Below, one piece after another: positions 23,269 to 35,465 of a DNA stretch of 64,000 nt (positions are counted from its first letter, which is position 1; each line of letters opens with the position of its first letter). The stretch is from Macrostomum lignano (lineage: Eukaryota). Under the pieces are notes generated by a model that ran no database searches, had not been told where the DNA came from, and was given only the letters and a program-made list of their open reading frames with translations. The stretch spans positions 1-64,000 of the forward strand of contig NIVC01001789.1 of assembly GCA_002269645.1 (NCBI GenBank). Reading direction: 5' to 3'. The translations under genes and the position numbers were made by a program.

Positions 23269-25021
23269 TTGAATAGGAGCTTATTAATTGGATGAAACTC
23301 CACAATCAACGAAAATTATATACCCATTCAATACGACTTTTCATACAAGAGCAAATGCAGTAAAACGGATTAAAGCTAAACAATTCTATTCATGTTTCTT
23401 TGCTCTATACGAGCTGTCTAATACTATGCGACATGAAGAAACACGAAACAACACTTTGATTGCTAAATGCTCGCTAAATGCGACATGAAGGTTTCATTTT
23501 AATTGAATTTTATTCTCACTCTTCAACAATGAAGGATTGAAGGCTATGATTTATGATTCGCCATTCTATGATTCGCCATAGACAACTTCATATATGTACA
23601 GAGCTGATAGCTTCGGTTTTACGTCTTAAAATCATTTTTAACCTGCGTAGTGAATACTTACCTGCACCACCATGGCTGACTTAGTTGCACACGATCAGCG
23701 AGCCATAATCAAGTTTCATGTGTTCTGCATGGGTGCCAACCAACTGAGATCTTCGATATGATGCAGCAAACGCATCGTATCATTGGAGAGGACTCCAATT
23801 GAGGGATGGGGGCAATTCTTACAATGCAGCTCCTCATTGGAACATAGGAAGCAGATGGCTGTGAGAGCGCTGACAGCCATCGAATCATGGGGTGGGAAAT
23901 CAAGGACAAACTTAAGTAGAAGGACGCAACACTCGAAATCTATGGTAAATGTTTTGAAGGCAACTTTTCGCCGAAAAATACACTACAGAGATAGGAGGTT
24001 TTAATTTTTTCAGCACAAAAATTGTTATTGCTTTTGATAGGAGGCAGACCCAGTGTTTATCTTTTGATGTGTTGTGCCTTTCTTATTGCTCTATCGAATG
24101 TGTAAAGCTTTTCGTTCAGAAATAGTTTTAAAGGCAGGTTTCACCAGAAAAATACACTACGGAGATAGAAAATTTCACGATTTTCAACACTAAAACAGTG
24201 ATTGGGTCTCTTAACAGTGTCAGAGAAAGTTCTAATCACACTATTTTGTGCCTCACATGCTGCTCTAATGACGCATTAATCGATTTTTCATGTTTAATTG
24301 GTCTTGTCATTATTTTAAACGTTTTTGTTATATGTTACTTGAGTAGTCCTTGTGGGAAATTCCTCCGTATTCGCCAGATACTCCCCAGACCTCAGCCTCT
24401 TCTTCTTCATCCGCGCCATGAAGTTAATGCAGGGTCTGTTTATTGCTGTTTATTATTTGATTATAATTATCAGGTAATACACAGAACTTTTTGTACAGCC
24501 CTCGAATTAAATTGAAGTATGTAAAGTATCTCAGTGCCTATCAGTCAGGATAGTAGTGCAAAATAGAGACAGGATATAGAAAAAACTGCTAGCTATAGAA
24601 ATAGCGAGTCAAAAAAATAGATATGGAACTCTATCAACTGAAAAGCTTGGTCCTATCAATTAAAACTATATGAGCGCTAAAAACGACGAGAAGGGTTAAC
24701 CATATTATATGAGTTACTTTAAGCCACTTTAAATTTGCTGGGCTGCTCTGTCCCAAGTGCTTCAACCCCTCTCCCCACTTCAAGTCGTAACTGTCAGGCA
24801 GGTATTATCGTTCATAATTTTTCTCCCCACAATGCATTAGCAAAGCCGTCAATAACAGATCCAGCATTGGTCGCAACTTCCACATCCTCTAGGGCCTGAA
24901 TAATATATAAGAGCAATCAACAAGCTTTTATTTCAGTAGCTATAGTGCTCAGCCTCATCAAAACTGCCTGTCAGTGCTCATATTTTCAGAGAAACAACCA
25001 ACTCACCCCAGTCAATCGAGC

Positions 25022-26715
25022 ATGCAGCGGCTTCTAGCTCTGCTGACTCTGTGCTCAGTAGCTGTCGCTGCAGCTGTTGAGCTGCACGAAGTTGACAGCC
25101 CGAGTTGGTCAGGTGATAAGGTGCGCCAGTTCAGTCTATCGTTCGCCAACCAAGCAAACAGTTTGTTGCAGTGCACTGCTTTTGCAGCCAAGTACCTGCT
25201 TAGCAATCAGCTTCTTGTCTTCATCGGTGGAAGTCGAGTAGTAGAACCCCAATGCTTCTTTGGTGAGTCGGTTATACTATAATATCAGAAATAGCGCAAA
25301 AAAGAACTTAGCTCAAGGGTCGGCATAATCCACGGCCCGCCAAGCCTCTCTATCCGGCCCTCGGGGTCCTTTGGAACTTCACAATGGCAATCTGGCACGC
25401 TCGATTTTGTGTCTCCTATTCAGCTCTATTCTCTCTAATCTCCTCTCCCTTTAAGGACGCTTTCCTTTCATTCATTTTTGTTTGAAGCTTAATTGGTTCA
25501 ACTTTAATTCATCGAAAACCAACGCGCTTTTTTAGCCTATCGAGCTCGCTGCCTCAAACTGCCGAGAAACAGCCCCATGAAACTAGACAAGACACCATCG
25601 ATGAAAGTAAGTTGACTGATTTGGTGATTTACCACCTGTTTCTTTTCTTGAAACTCTATCTCAATGAGTTACATGTATTTATTACAGGTTTTTGTGACGT
25701 CACTGGAAACCTGCTGGACTACAATTCAGCACAAAGTGGACAATACGACTGACTTCTACCGGAACTGGACTGACTATGCTATCGGATTTGGTCAGGAGCC
25801 GAGCAGGAACTTCTGGATTGGTGCGTATGTTGAGAAACGTACTTTGTTTGTAGATGAATTTTCCAGTTATCTAGGAAATACTTCTCAATTTTAGTAGCGA
25901 AACCGTTTTCATCAAGTCGAAAATAAGCGCAAAATTCACATGAATCCATACAAAAAATACTTGATGTTGATATTATGATATCTAGAATAGCTCAGAAAGC
26001 AGCATATTATCCAGCTCGGGTTGATAGGCTAGAGTAGGTAAGCATAAGCAGCAACGTAAGCCAGTTAAGAAGAGCTGGCCGTGGTTAGTATGTAGTCAAA
26101 CAGACGGTTTGCGTCACCTTGTCCAGATCGACAGCAACCATGAGCAAGTGGATGTTGAGCTGCGAAAATGCACGACATTATTTACGGCCTTTTTCAACCC
26201 TTGACATTTCCGACAGATCTTTTTTATTGCGGTTCGATCATGCCAGTCGATCAAATCAAATAAAATGCGAAATCTCTGCAACTCCAGGCCTTCGAACTCT
26301 TCCCTGGCTCACTTCGCCAACTGCTCGAACTCTTCGCGTACGTATGAAGAAGTGGGACGACACTGAGCACTGGGCTGAGTACAGCAGCTTCTCTGTTGCC
26401 GACGAGACTGACAAATTTCGTCTAAGGGTGTTCGGGTTTTCGAGCTCATCAAACCAGGTTGGCGATTCGATGGCGACTCACAATGGTCTGCGTTTTAGTA
26501 CCTTCGACTCGGATAATGATCTGTTAGCAGGCAACTGCCCTCAAATCTACAAAGGAGCCTGGTGGCACCGTGCATGTCACCTCGTCAATGGGAATGGACT
26601 CTACTACAATCTGCCTGAGGCTGCCAGAGTTCCCACGTTTGGCACTGGCATCAGTTGGTACTATCGCTTCGGCTATGCCTACTCAATGAAAGAGTTCGAA
26701 ATGCTTATTCAGTAA
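25022..26715 (+). CDS. Secreted fibrinogen-related domain (FReD/ficolin-like) protein; join(25022..25262,25536..25606,25688..25820,26288..26715)
   Basis: Signal-peptide-like MQRLLALLTLCSVAVAAA; FReD motifs WTTIQHKVD...DFYRNWTDYAIGFG...NFWIG, AEYSSFSV, FSTFDSDND, NC...GAWWHRACH..N.NG; junctions are phase-compatible; TATA-like atatataag near 24903. Confidence 0.88.
25316..25400. mobile_element. hAT-type MITE terminal remnant
   Basis: caagggtcggca...ggcccgc resembles the CAGGGGTCGGCAA..GGCCCGC hAT termini and the copy at 62469. Confidence 0.4.
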
Positions 26716-27179
26716 GCAATTGAAGACCCAAAAAGCACTTATTGCTGTGTCTGAGAACCTGATATGAGATTTGTTTTTGTATAAACTGAGCGCACTCGTC
26801 ATTTAAATTTGATAAATATACTAGCTAGAGAAGCTCGATCTGCGATCTGCATCTGAATGGCGATGTTACAAACTCAGCGATGCATAACTAAACTAGAACT
26901 ATTAAGTATAGAGCCGTTCTTCTGATTGGACTCGATCTAAATCTGTCTGAGACTGAAAATGCAATAATTCATGTGCGATATATAGAACCTGCAGATATTT
27001 TCATATTGAACATTCAGCTTGCTTCTAAGTCTTCGGGCTTAAGCTTTGTTGCTGAAAGATTATTGGTCTGACAAGGCCTTGTACGAGCTAGCTCGTAGCA
27101 TATTAAGGCTTTGAGGAAGATGCCTCAATTAAATAGGAATGCTGAGTTGCAAAGGCTAAAAAGGGTCAATGTAAGAAGT

Positions 27180-27575
27180 ACAACAACAATAAAAAACAGA
27201 AACAAAATGCGCTGTCAGTTTCTTTAGAAAGCAGTGCCACAGGGTGGGCCAGGTCACGATCGAAAAGCCGAAACGCTGAGTGAGCGCCTGTCCCTGCAAG
27301 TAGGGTGCCTGTGGCTACGATAGGTACTACTACGACCGTACGAGCTAGATACGGTCGTAGATAAATACGTATATACGTAGATATACGTAGATACGTATAG
27401 ATACTTCGACCCTGCGCGGATGATGTGGCCTGCCAGCTGGAGTCGGTGACGGCGCAAACAGGTCGCTTGGACCGACAGGGCGTCGCGGTGATAAAGTGCC
27501 GTGTTGTTAACTCGCTCCTCGCAGCGTGTGCCGCGTCAACTTGTTGATCGAGCGAGTCCGTCAGTGTCAAAGTCT
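27180..27575 (-). mobile_element. Degenerate 3' fragment of an RTE-type LINE related to the 15-18 kb element
   Basis: Translates [15 protein letters not shown] and RRHRLQLAGHIIRA versus [15 protein letters not shown] and [14 protein letters not shown]; caacaacaa tail-like run at ~27181. Confidence 0.8.
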
Positions 27576-28512
27576 CAAGCGTTGAACTAAACTAATGTCC
27601 TAAGGAAGTTGCTGAGATTCTTAGGCTCGCGGGAAGGAAATTGCTGATCATGTGATGGGGTCAACGACTTTTTCTGCCACAATTCGACTGCCAATGACTT
27701 TTGGTTGCCAAGCCACTTGACTGTTGAGCATTTTGATGGGTTTCGACCTTTCGGCCCCCTTGTGGGGAAGCCTTCGGGCCTCAGGTCTCAGAAATAAATC
27801 AATTAGAGTCCTGGCCCCCCACTCCTGTCAGATGGTCAGCCCCATGGTAGCTTGATCGTGTGGCGAGCAGTCTAGGTCCTATAGCTAAGAGAGGGACAGC
27901 GGGAGACAAGCAAGGAGAATTTTGAAGGTAGAAATTTGTTAATCCGCAGATTAGCCAACTCGCTGCCACCAGCCCGTACGTCCTGGCTCACCACACCGAG
28001 ACTCTCGAAATCGGGCTTCCAACTAGAAGGGGCTTTGCACTTACCTGCCAACTAGTGTCTTTTTGCTGTCAATCTCGAAGTCATAGCCGATGTTAAGGGA
28101 CACTGCTGGGACTTGATCGCATTGGCCATGCAGGTACAGAGGGGACTTGTGCAGGGGATTCTTGCAGTGGCGAGTCTATGGGGTACCTACATGTACTATT
28201 ACATTGCTAAATACGAGGAATTGTACTTTTGGCCTTCAACGCGCCAACTAGCCTCTCATAGCGCTGATGATAGACTAACTCGAACTTCAGAGACCGCATG
28301 ATTCATCACCCGAGCCGCTTGGCTAACCTAGAGTGCACAGAGTACATCTCTGGAGCAGATTCTGCACTTTTGGCAAATTCGCTAACTGGTTTGATAGATT
28401 GATCGACTAAGAACTGCCTTGCCATTGGTCCACGTACTGTGACTGGCGCCTACTAGCTTAGCTATTCATCTGAGCCATCGGCGAACAAAGAAATAAAACC
28501 GATAAAAATAAC

Positions 28513-29194
28513 TGTTAGATTTAACCTTCTACTCAGATCATTTCACACTTCAGATTGAATTGGAGTTTTAGACTACTAGCAGTATTATTGAATGACTTCT
28601 GCCTCAGCAACAGCACTACTGAACAGAAAGAGCAAAATTGTGCGCCTAATCCAGCTACTGAAACAGGGGACATATAAGGAATCACCCAATCAAGCAAGTC
28701 TAGGCAGCCTCTCACCCAACCAATCAGAAACTCAACAGCCGGAGACCAGGTAATCCACAGTGACCGAATCGGCTTAGTGCTTCGCAGCTGTAGACCCGGG
28801 ATGTTGCTGATCAGCTGATGTCACGGTCTTCGCAGATAGCTAGCAGGTGATGCTCTTAACTCTGATGTTCGCTGCTGATGACCGGGGGACTCGTCCTTGA
28901 TGATGATGGGGGAGGTCGCAATCCGGGGATCAAGAAACGACGGTCGCGCTCCGGGACGTCTCAATCCAGGCTATGGTCCCAGGAGGAGTTGCAGGTCCGA
29001 GCGGGCCAAAAACACCGGTTTAAATAGCCACCAACTGGACCGCAGTTTGTTATAATGGAACACGTCGATTCTGATTGGCTGAGCCGTTTTGTTAAAATAA
29101 GCGCCGAATTTTCTGATTGGCTAGGCTGGTTGCTACCCAGAATAACGTGACCGGGAGATCCTATCAGTTCCCTCGGGGTCGTAAAAATATGACA
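28513..29194 (-). mobile_element. LTR-like element with CCAAT and TATA boxes
   Basis: Minus strand starts tgtca, contains agccaatcag and ctatttaaa, ends taaca; no matching TSD found. Confidence 0.3.
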
Positions 29195-29929
29195 GGTGCG
29201 GCCATAAATCAATCAAAATCGCAAAAAAATTATTTATGACTTTTCGCGTAGAATTGACAAAAATTAATGAAAAAAATATACATTAGAAAGCTCTTGTTAA
29301 ATAGAAAGTGAGGTGAGGTACAGGTGCAGGTCACCTCACTCACTGAGTGAGGTGCAGGTGGCTGTGTCAGACCAGCTTCGAAATCGATGATTTATGACCC
29401 AAAAAGCTGCGCCTATGTTATTATGACTACTAGTATGACCAAACATTATATCTAGTATAGATTCTATGACAATTCGCAGGAAAAGGATAAAAATGCCCAT
29501 TTTGCCCACTGTTACATGTAGTAGGCTAGTAAAGTTTAGAGCCCATGTGCTAGCGCGGGGTTTGGAAAAAAGTGCGTCCTCATCAATTTACTGCCATAAA
29601 GTGATTGCATGCCCCTCCCGTACAGCAGCAATCCGGCGTCGGCGACGTGGGTCGACGCGCGCTTATCCACTAGCTGATTCTCTCTTCTATAGGAGCCCTG
29701 GAAGAACTCCCAAAAATCGTATGGAGCGTATCGTATGAAGTTAAATTTTGTTTCTGTGTTGTTATTAGTCGCTAGAGTACAGTTGACCATGATTTCTTGT
29801 ATTCACCACTACAGGCCTTCACAATAGCACAAAGGCTATTGTGATAATTATAGGCATTAGGGGGGGGGGGGTTAGTTTCTTTGAGCAGTGCAAAAGCACT
29901 ATGGACTAGCCAAATGTACCCCTGGCCTA

Positions 29930-30190
29930 AATTCTTTTTATTCTTTTGTTCTTAATTTTGTTCTTAAGATGCGCACCCGGGTCCCCCGTTCCCCATGAAT
30001 GGGCGCGGATACGGGCCGCAACAGCGGAAACAATTATACTCCAGGGCATGGGTGCCAAAGGCGCCGAGAGTCTCCACAGTGACCGACTGAAGGTGGTAGT
30101 GGTCGCCCAGGTCGGTGTACTTGGCTAGTTTGTGGGCCTCGACCGAGGTCGCAGCTGCGCGGGGGGCGACGGCAGAGGCGTGCAGGTGGC
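29930..30190 (-). mobile_element. 3' fragment of a CRE-like (restriction-like endonuclease) non-LTR retrotransposon
   Basis: Translates APSHLHASAVAPRAAATSVEAHKLAKYTDLGDHYHLQSVTVETLGAFG, matching the A..AE..K..KY..L...Y.F.P.AVETLG.WG C-terminal pattern of RLE elements; A-rich tail follows on the minus strand (29930-29966). Confidence 0.7.
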
Positions 30191-32469
30191 TTGGGGCGCA
30201 AGGTGTGCGTGATAGTCTGGTCCGAAGCCCAAAAAGCAAATATAAGTAATTTAGCATGTGTACATATACGTATACTCTCATTGCACTCAGCCGAACCTCC
30301 AGGTCTCTTTGCCTGGTGTATGCTATTCTGTAACTTGTTTTTGTATCCGTTCCTTTCAGACAATCACACCAACTAACGCAAAACTTAATCAATTGAAACG
30401 CGTAATTTTTGTAGAATTTCTAAGAAACTTTCCCTAACTGATGGTGAAAAGAGCGTGTGCATGCAGCTTCAGTTGTGACATCTAACCTAGTCCTAGCTGA
30501 GCCCAACACAACCATCTGAACTGAAAAAAATAGGAAACAGCCAGGCGTGACTAGGGCATAGGCCTAGCCGTAGCCGTAGCATAGCTAAAAAGGCATGAAA
30601 TAAATAAAAGCCAAGATTCAATTCATTCCAGTACCCAGTTAGGTCCCAGTATGGCAGTAGGCCCCCCACTTGCTGCTACTTCCACTCGCACTCCCAATTA
30701 AATCTGTATAGCACAGGCCTACCAAAGCCATAGGCTATAATATATATTATCATTTGTTAATACTATTTTGTCAGTTTTTTTATAAATCTACCCTTAAAAT
30801 AGGCCTAATACTTGCCTAGGATCATAGGCAAGAAGGCCTATAAAATAGAACCATAGGCCTAGCAAGTTAGGCCTATGAGTTATAAAGTAGGGCCTACAAT
30901 ATACAAAGTATAGCCTACTAGGTAAATGGTATGTTGTTGCATTGCATATATTTATTTAATAAATAGACATTCTTTTTATAGCATGTTTTTTCTCTATTTT
31001 ATTGTCTTGGCCTAAAATCTAGATAAGCCTAATATAGTTGTATAATTATAGGTCTGAATATTAAATATACTGTCAAAAAAATAAGTGTTGTCTAATTTAT
31101 TTTTGTTATCACTTCCCATAGTCTTTTGGAGGCCCTTTTTGGTGAAAATTCCTGCAAGCATTGGCTTTTAAAAATCTGCTCCACATGCAGATTGGCATAT
31201 AGGCCCCTTAGTCATTCCCACTGATATGTAGCCACATGCTTGGTGTGCAAAGCAAATTGCAAGCTGTTAGGCCTAGTGTTGCACAGTATATAAGATAGTG
31301 CAGCTTATATTTTAGTTTATTAATATTTTGCAATGTAGGCCCCTAGTAGTAAGATGAATAATTTAATTTGATTAAAAAAGTTAGTGTTACAGGGTTAACT
31401 TCTGTTTGCATTCCTATCACAACGTTACTACCAAATTTGTTTTAGGGGTTGGGGGTTAGGCCTACTAGGGATTTTCTAAGTGTTTCCTAGGATTTGGGGA
31501 TGAAAAGGCAATTTATTCTACTAACAGGAGTAAGCCTTAGGTTGCTCCTGGTGGCATGGTGTGTCCGAGTGGCAAGACACAATTTTCTACTCAGTCTGGA
31601 GAAAAATAACTGGGAAAAGTAAGGGCTTCGCAATGGATCAGAGTTGCCTAGAGAATCAACACACTAATAGAGGGTCTTGCAACTAATAGGGAATAATTTC
31701 ATGGAGGGGATAGCGTCTAATAGGTGTGAAGGCAGTATGCCTAATGAAATGATCAAATTGGGAAAGGGCTGAGCAAATAAGCTACTGAGCTAGGAATTTG
31801 GCAGAGCGCCAGTCTAAATTAACGGGTTCTAGAATGTATGGCGGTAGGAAAGGCTGTACGCCTGTTTTGCTGGGGGGGGGGGAAAGAGAGAGACCAATTT
31901 ACTGGGGAGTAGAGGGAAGGGCTGTACGCCTGTTCTGCTGGGGGAAGGAGAGAGAGGGCGGAGACTGCATGTCTCTAAATGAACAAGGCTGACTCAGTGG
32001 CTATTTTTAGAACAAACTGTTCACTTGGCACTAGGCCTTAATAGTGAGTAGCGCAAGTTGGTCTTCAACTAAGTTTTCACGCTTATATTTATAGTAGCAT
32101 TACAAAAAAATGGCGGACAGATTCAAACAAAATACTTTTATTACAAAATTCTTACTAAAGATATGCACTAAAGTTATTAAATTTCTAGAAAATTAAACAT
32201 TTAATATATATATTATTACTAAAGATAGTAGCATCGCAATTTACTCGTAAAAAGGTGGTAAGTAAAGATTCTATTTTATGATCAAAACAATAAGGCAAGA
32301 GTTAAGAATTTCAAATAAGGCTAATTGGAGAACAAAAGATAAAAAGAAACTAAGTATTCATACAATATTAATAGCCTATTACAATTGGCTTTCCTGACAA
32401 AATTTCTTGAACAATGTTTACGAGTGAAAAAAATTTTAAAAGTAGATTAAGCAGGTTTTACTACTAGAG

Positions 32470-33240
32470 TCAAAGGTACTGGACCATTTCAGTTGGCAGG
32501 TTCCCAGGATAAGGCCAGCCATAGGCCTCACCAGTCCACTGCACTTTGATCCTCAATTGGGCTCTGTTGACCCAACCTTGGTTCAAATCGTGCAATGCAT
32601 AGGCTACAGCGCGTATCTAGGCGGTGATGGCCTGCTCAGGCTGCATGCGTTGTAAGGCCTGGATGGTGGGCTGCACACCCTCTTGCGAGGGGAAGGGCCG
32701 TGATCCATCCATCTTGAAGCGCCTGACTCGAACTAGATATGCCTTGACTTCAGATACTCGACGACGATACTTGCCATGGAGCGCTTCAGGCATGTTGGCC
32801 ATAATGGTGCTGAAATTACTGCCAATTTCATGCAGTGGCCCGACTTCTGGGGGTTCTTACATAAGTGGTGGGACTTTTACCTCTAGAGGCTCAAGAAGGG
32901 CGGCCACCCTGTTCATAACCTGTTGCTGGGGTCGTAACGGCGGCCTGTCCTGCAGCGGTCCTAGATCTCGGGGCAGTCTCATAGGTGATCTTGGGTGTGG
33001 TCTGGGGTCTCTTGGTGGCGAAACTGGATGTGGTCTGGGGTCTCTTGGCGGCAAAACTTGTGATCTTGCACGTGATCTTGGCGGCTGACGGTTTTCAAGC
33101 TGGCGGGCAATATGCGGCTTCGGCGCGGCACTCTGAGGCAGGGCTACGGCAGCCCAACTGCCTTGGGGTTGGCGTTTTGCCATCTCCAGGGAGACCTCGA
33201 CAGGAGCCTTAGCTTGCTGCTGCAATAACTGAGCTTGGTA
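32470..33240 (-). pseudogene. Decayed ORF of unknown family (Pro-rich N-part, helical/aromatic C-part)
   Basis: One frame runs from 33240 to TGA 32470-32472 with only two in-frame stops (32857-32859, 32617-32619); ends IRAVAYALHDLNQGWVNRAQLRIKVQWTGEAYGWPYPGNLPTEMVQYL. Confidence 0.5.
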
Positions 33241-33244
33241 CAAT

Positions 33245-33480
33245 AAAAAGATTCACGGTTTTCTTTCATTAAGTTGATGACTGCTTTTCGCTGTTCATCT
33301 GACAATTTAGGGCCAAGGCTCACTTCATTAATCCATGAACCTTCTGTACATTGGGTCTGGTTGACTTTCGCAGGGGGTTGGGGGTTGGTAGATTGGGGTT
33401 GCCAATAGGTCAAGTCTTTGGCTTTCATGGGTCTGGCTAGGCCAATTAGGGAAGTCTTAGTTAAATTCACATCTACTAGG
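33245..33480 (-). mobile_element. Ty3/Gypsy pol fragment (protease-RT linker)
   Basis: LGPKLSDEQRKAVINLMKENRESF matches the L..EQ+..+..LL.E..D.F linker preceding Gypsy RT. Confidence 0.5.
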
Positions 33481-33494
33481 TGGTGGTTAATAAT

Positions 33495-35465
33495 TGTTAT
33501 GTTTTGGATATTAATGTTATATTACGGCATAGCTGTCTGTGCTGCGCTTAGTTCGTATCTGCAGCTCTCGTATATTTAGCTTATAAAGACATAAAGCTAA
33601 GGTCATAGACAACTTAATTCGGTCTGTCTGCGACATCCCTTTTTTTTCCAAAAAGAAGTGTCATACGCATTAATGGATGAATGAATGAAAATGGCATTGT
33701 CAGTTAGTTCAGTTTAAGTGCATATAATTATGTAGCCTTGTAAAATGAGTTGGCTTCACTTCACGTCCATATCATGTAATGTATTTTGTTCCACCAGATT
33801 TTCCAGAATCCAGCTGTGAATTGTGTACTGTATCGGACGCATGAGCGTCTGAGCTGTAAGTCTGAATCGTTCCATTGTTAGAATCCTGATTAGGTAGTTG
33901 AATCCTTGAATACTCTGGTATGGTCTGCATTCTGCAGTCTGTATTGCGCTTTGCCAGAAATCTGCAATTTCGTCTGAATTCATGACCTGTAGCAGTTCGA
34001 ACTTTGTATGACCTGTCTGGGTCAGTGACATTGGGTTTCATGATTTCTGCAGGAATCCATTGTCTTCGATCTTCTTGCATCCACACCTGATCTCTATCTT
34101 TAAACGGTCGTAGGTCTCGTGCAGTGTGATTGTAGTAGAATGCCTGTTTACTGTTCTTTGCCAAAATCTCTAGTTCACGTTTTGTCTAGACTTGTCTTGG
34201 TTTCAGCTGTTCAATGGGCAGTGGCAGTTGATATCTGAGCTTTCGTCCCATCACTAGCTCAGCCGGTGTCGGTAGCCCTCTTTCAATTGGCATATTCCGA
34301 TAGTAGTAATGCACAATTTATATCTTCTGCTTTGTTTAGAAATCCTTTAACTGTCTGAACAGCTCTTTCTGATAGGCCATTTGATTGTGGATATTTTGGC
34401 GACGATGTCCTAATTCGTATACCTTTCTGTTCAGCAAACTCTTTAAACCTGTTGGATTCAAATGGAGGTCCGTTGTCACATCTTATCACTTCTGGAGTAC
34501 CATAGGTAGCAAAATATTGTGATAGCTGTTTTATGACGCATTCTGCTGATGTAGTTGTGATCTTATCAGTGCAGATCCATCGACTTAACCTGTCAACCAG
34601 GACAATGTGTGTTTCTCCTTTCCAATAGAAAATGTCAGTTCCACACTCTTGAAATAGATACTCAGGTATTTCAACCATTTTCATGGATTCTTTTTGATGA
34701 AAAGCTTGGTAACTTTGGCATTTTTCGCATGAAAAAATGTATTGCTCAATGTCATGGCGCATTTGAGGCCAAAATACAGATTCAGTAGCCTTCATCAACG
34801 TCTTTTCCATGCCTTGATGACTTTCATGGAGGATTTGAAGCATTTGTCTTCGCATTGCATCAGGAATGAATATTTTGCTGCTCTTGTATATGAGTCTGTC
34901 ATTCTCCATCAGTTCATGCCAAATATTCCAGAATGGCTTCAGTTCTTCAGCTATTTGGGATTTGGCATCTGGCCAACCCTCTCGAATCTGGTCCTTTAGC
35001 TTATGACATAAATTGTCAGCATTTGTGTGATGCTGGATGTCCTTTAGCAAGTTGTCTGGTAGGCATACACGAGCTACTCCAAGTATTTGGCAGTGAATGT
35101 CATCATCAATATCATTGGATGAATGTACGGATTTCAGATAAGCGCGGCTTAGTGTATCCGCAAGGTATAGTTCTTTTCCGGGTACATACGTCACATTGAG
35201 ATCGAATTCTTGAATTTTCAAAGCTAGTCGCTGCAGTCGAGCTGATAGTTCACTCAGTGGCTTTTTCATAATGAATTGCAGGGGCTTGTGATCTGATTCA
35301 ACCTGTACGTGCCGACCCCATAAGTATTGTCGAAATCTGCGACATCTAAAGACTATTGCCAAGAATTCTTTTTCGATTTGAGCATATTTCTTTTGAGCAG
35401 GAGTCATCGATGACGATGCGTATTCAATGATGTGTCCGTCTTGCATCAATGCGGCTCGGAGTCCA
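33495..35465 (-). mobile_element. 5'-truncated Ty3/Gypsy LTR retrotransposon (RNase H-like, integrase, short 3' LTR)
   Basis: YAQIEKEFLAIVF, ESDHKPL, RLQRLALKIQEFD, YVPGKELYLADTLSR, HESHQG, CEKC, DNGPPF, PQSNGLSERAVQTVK; PPT ggaaaaaaaaggga immediately before tgtcg at 33635; putative LTR 33495-33635 (TG...CA); frameshift near 34285; 5' end stops at an (ATT)n run. Confidence 0.92.
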
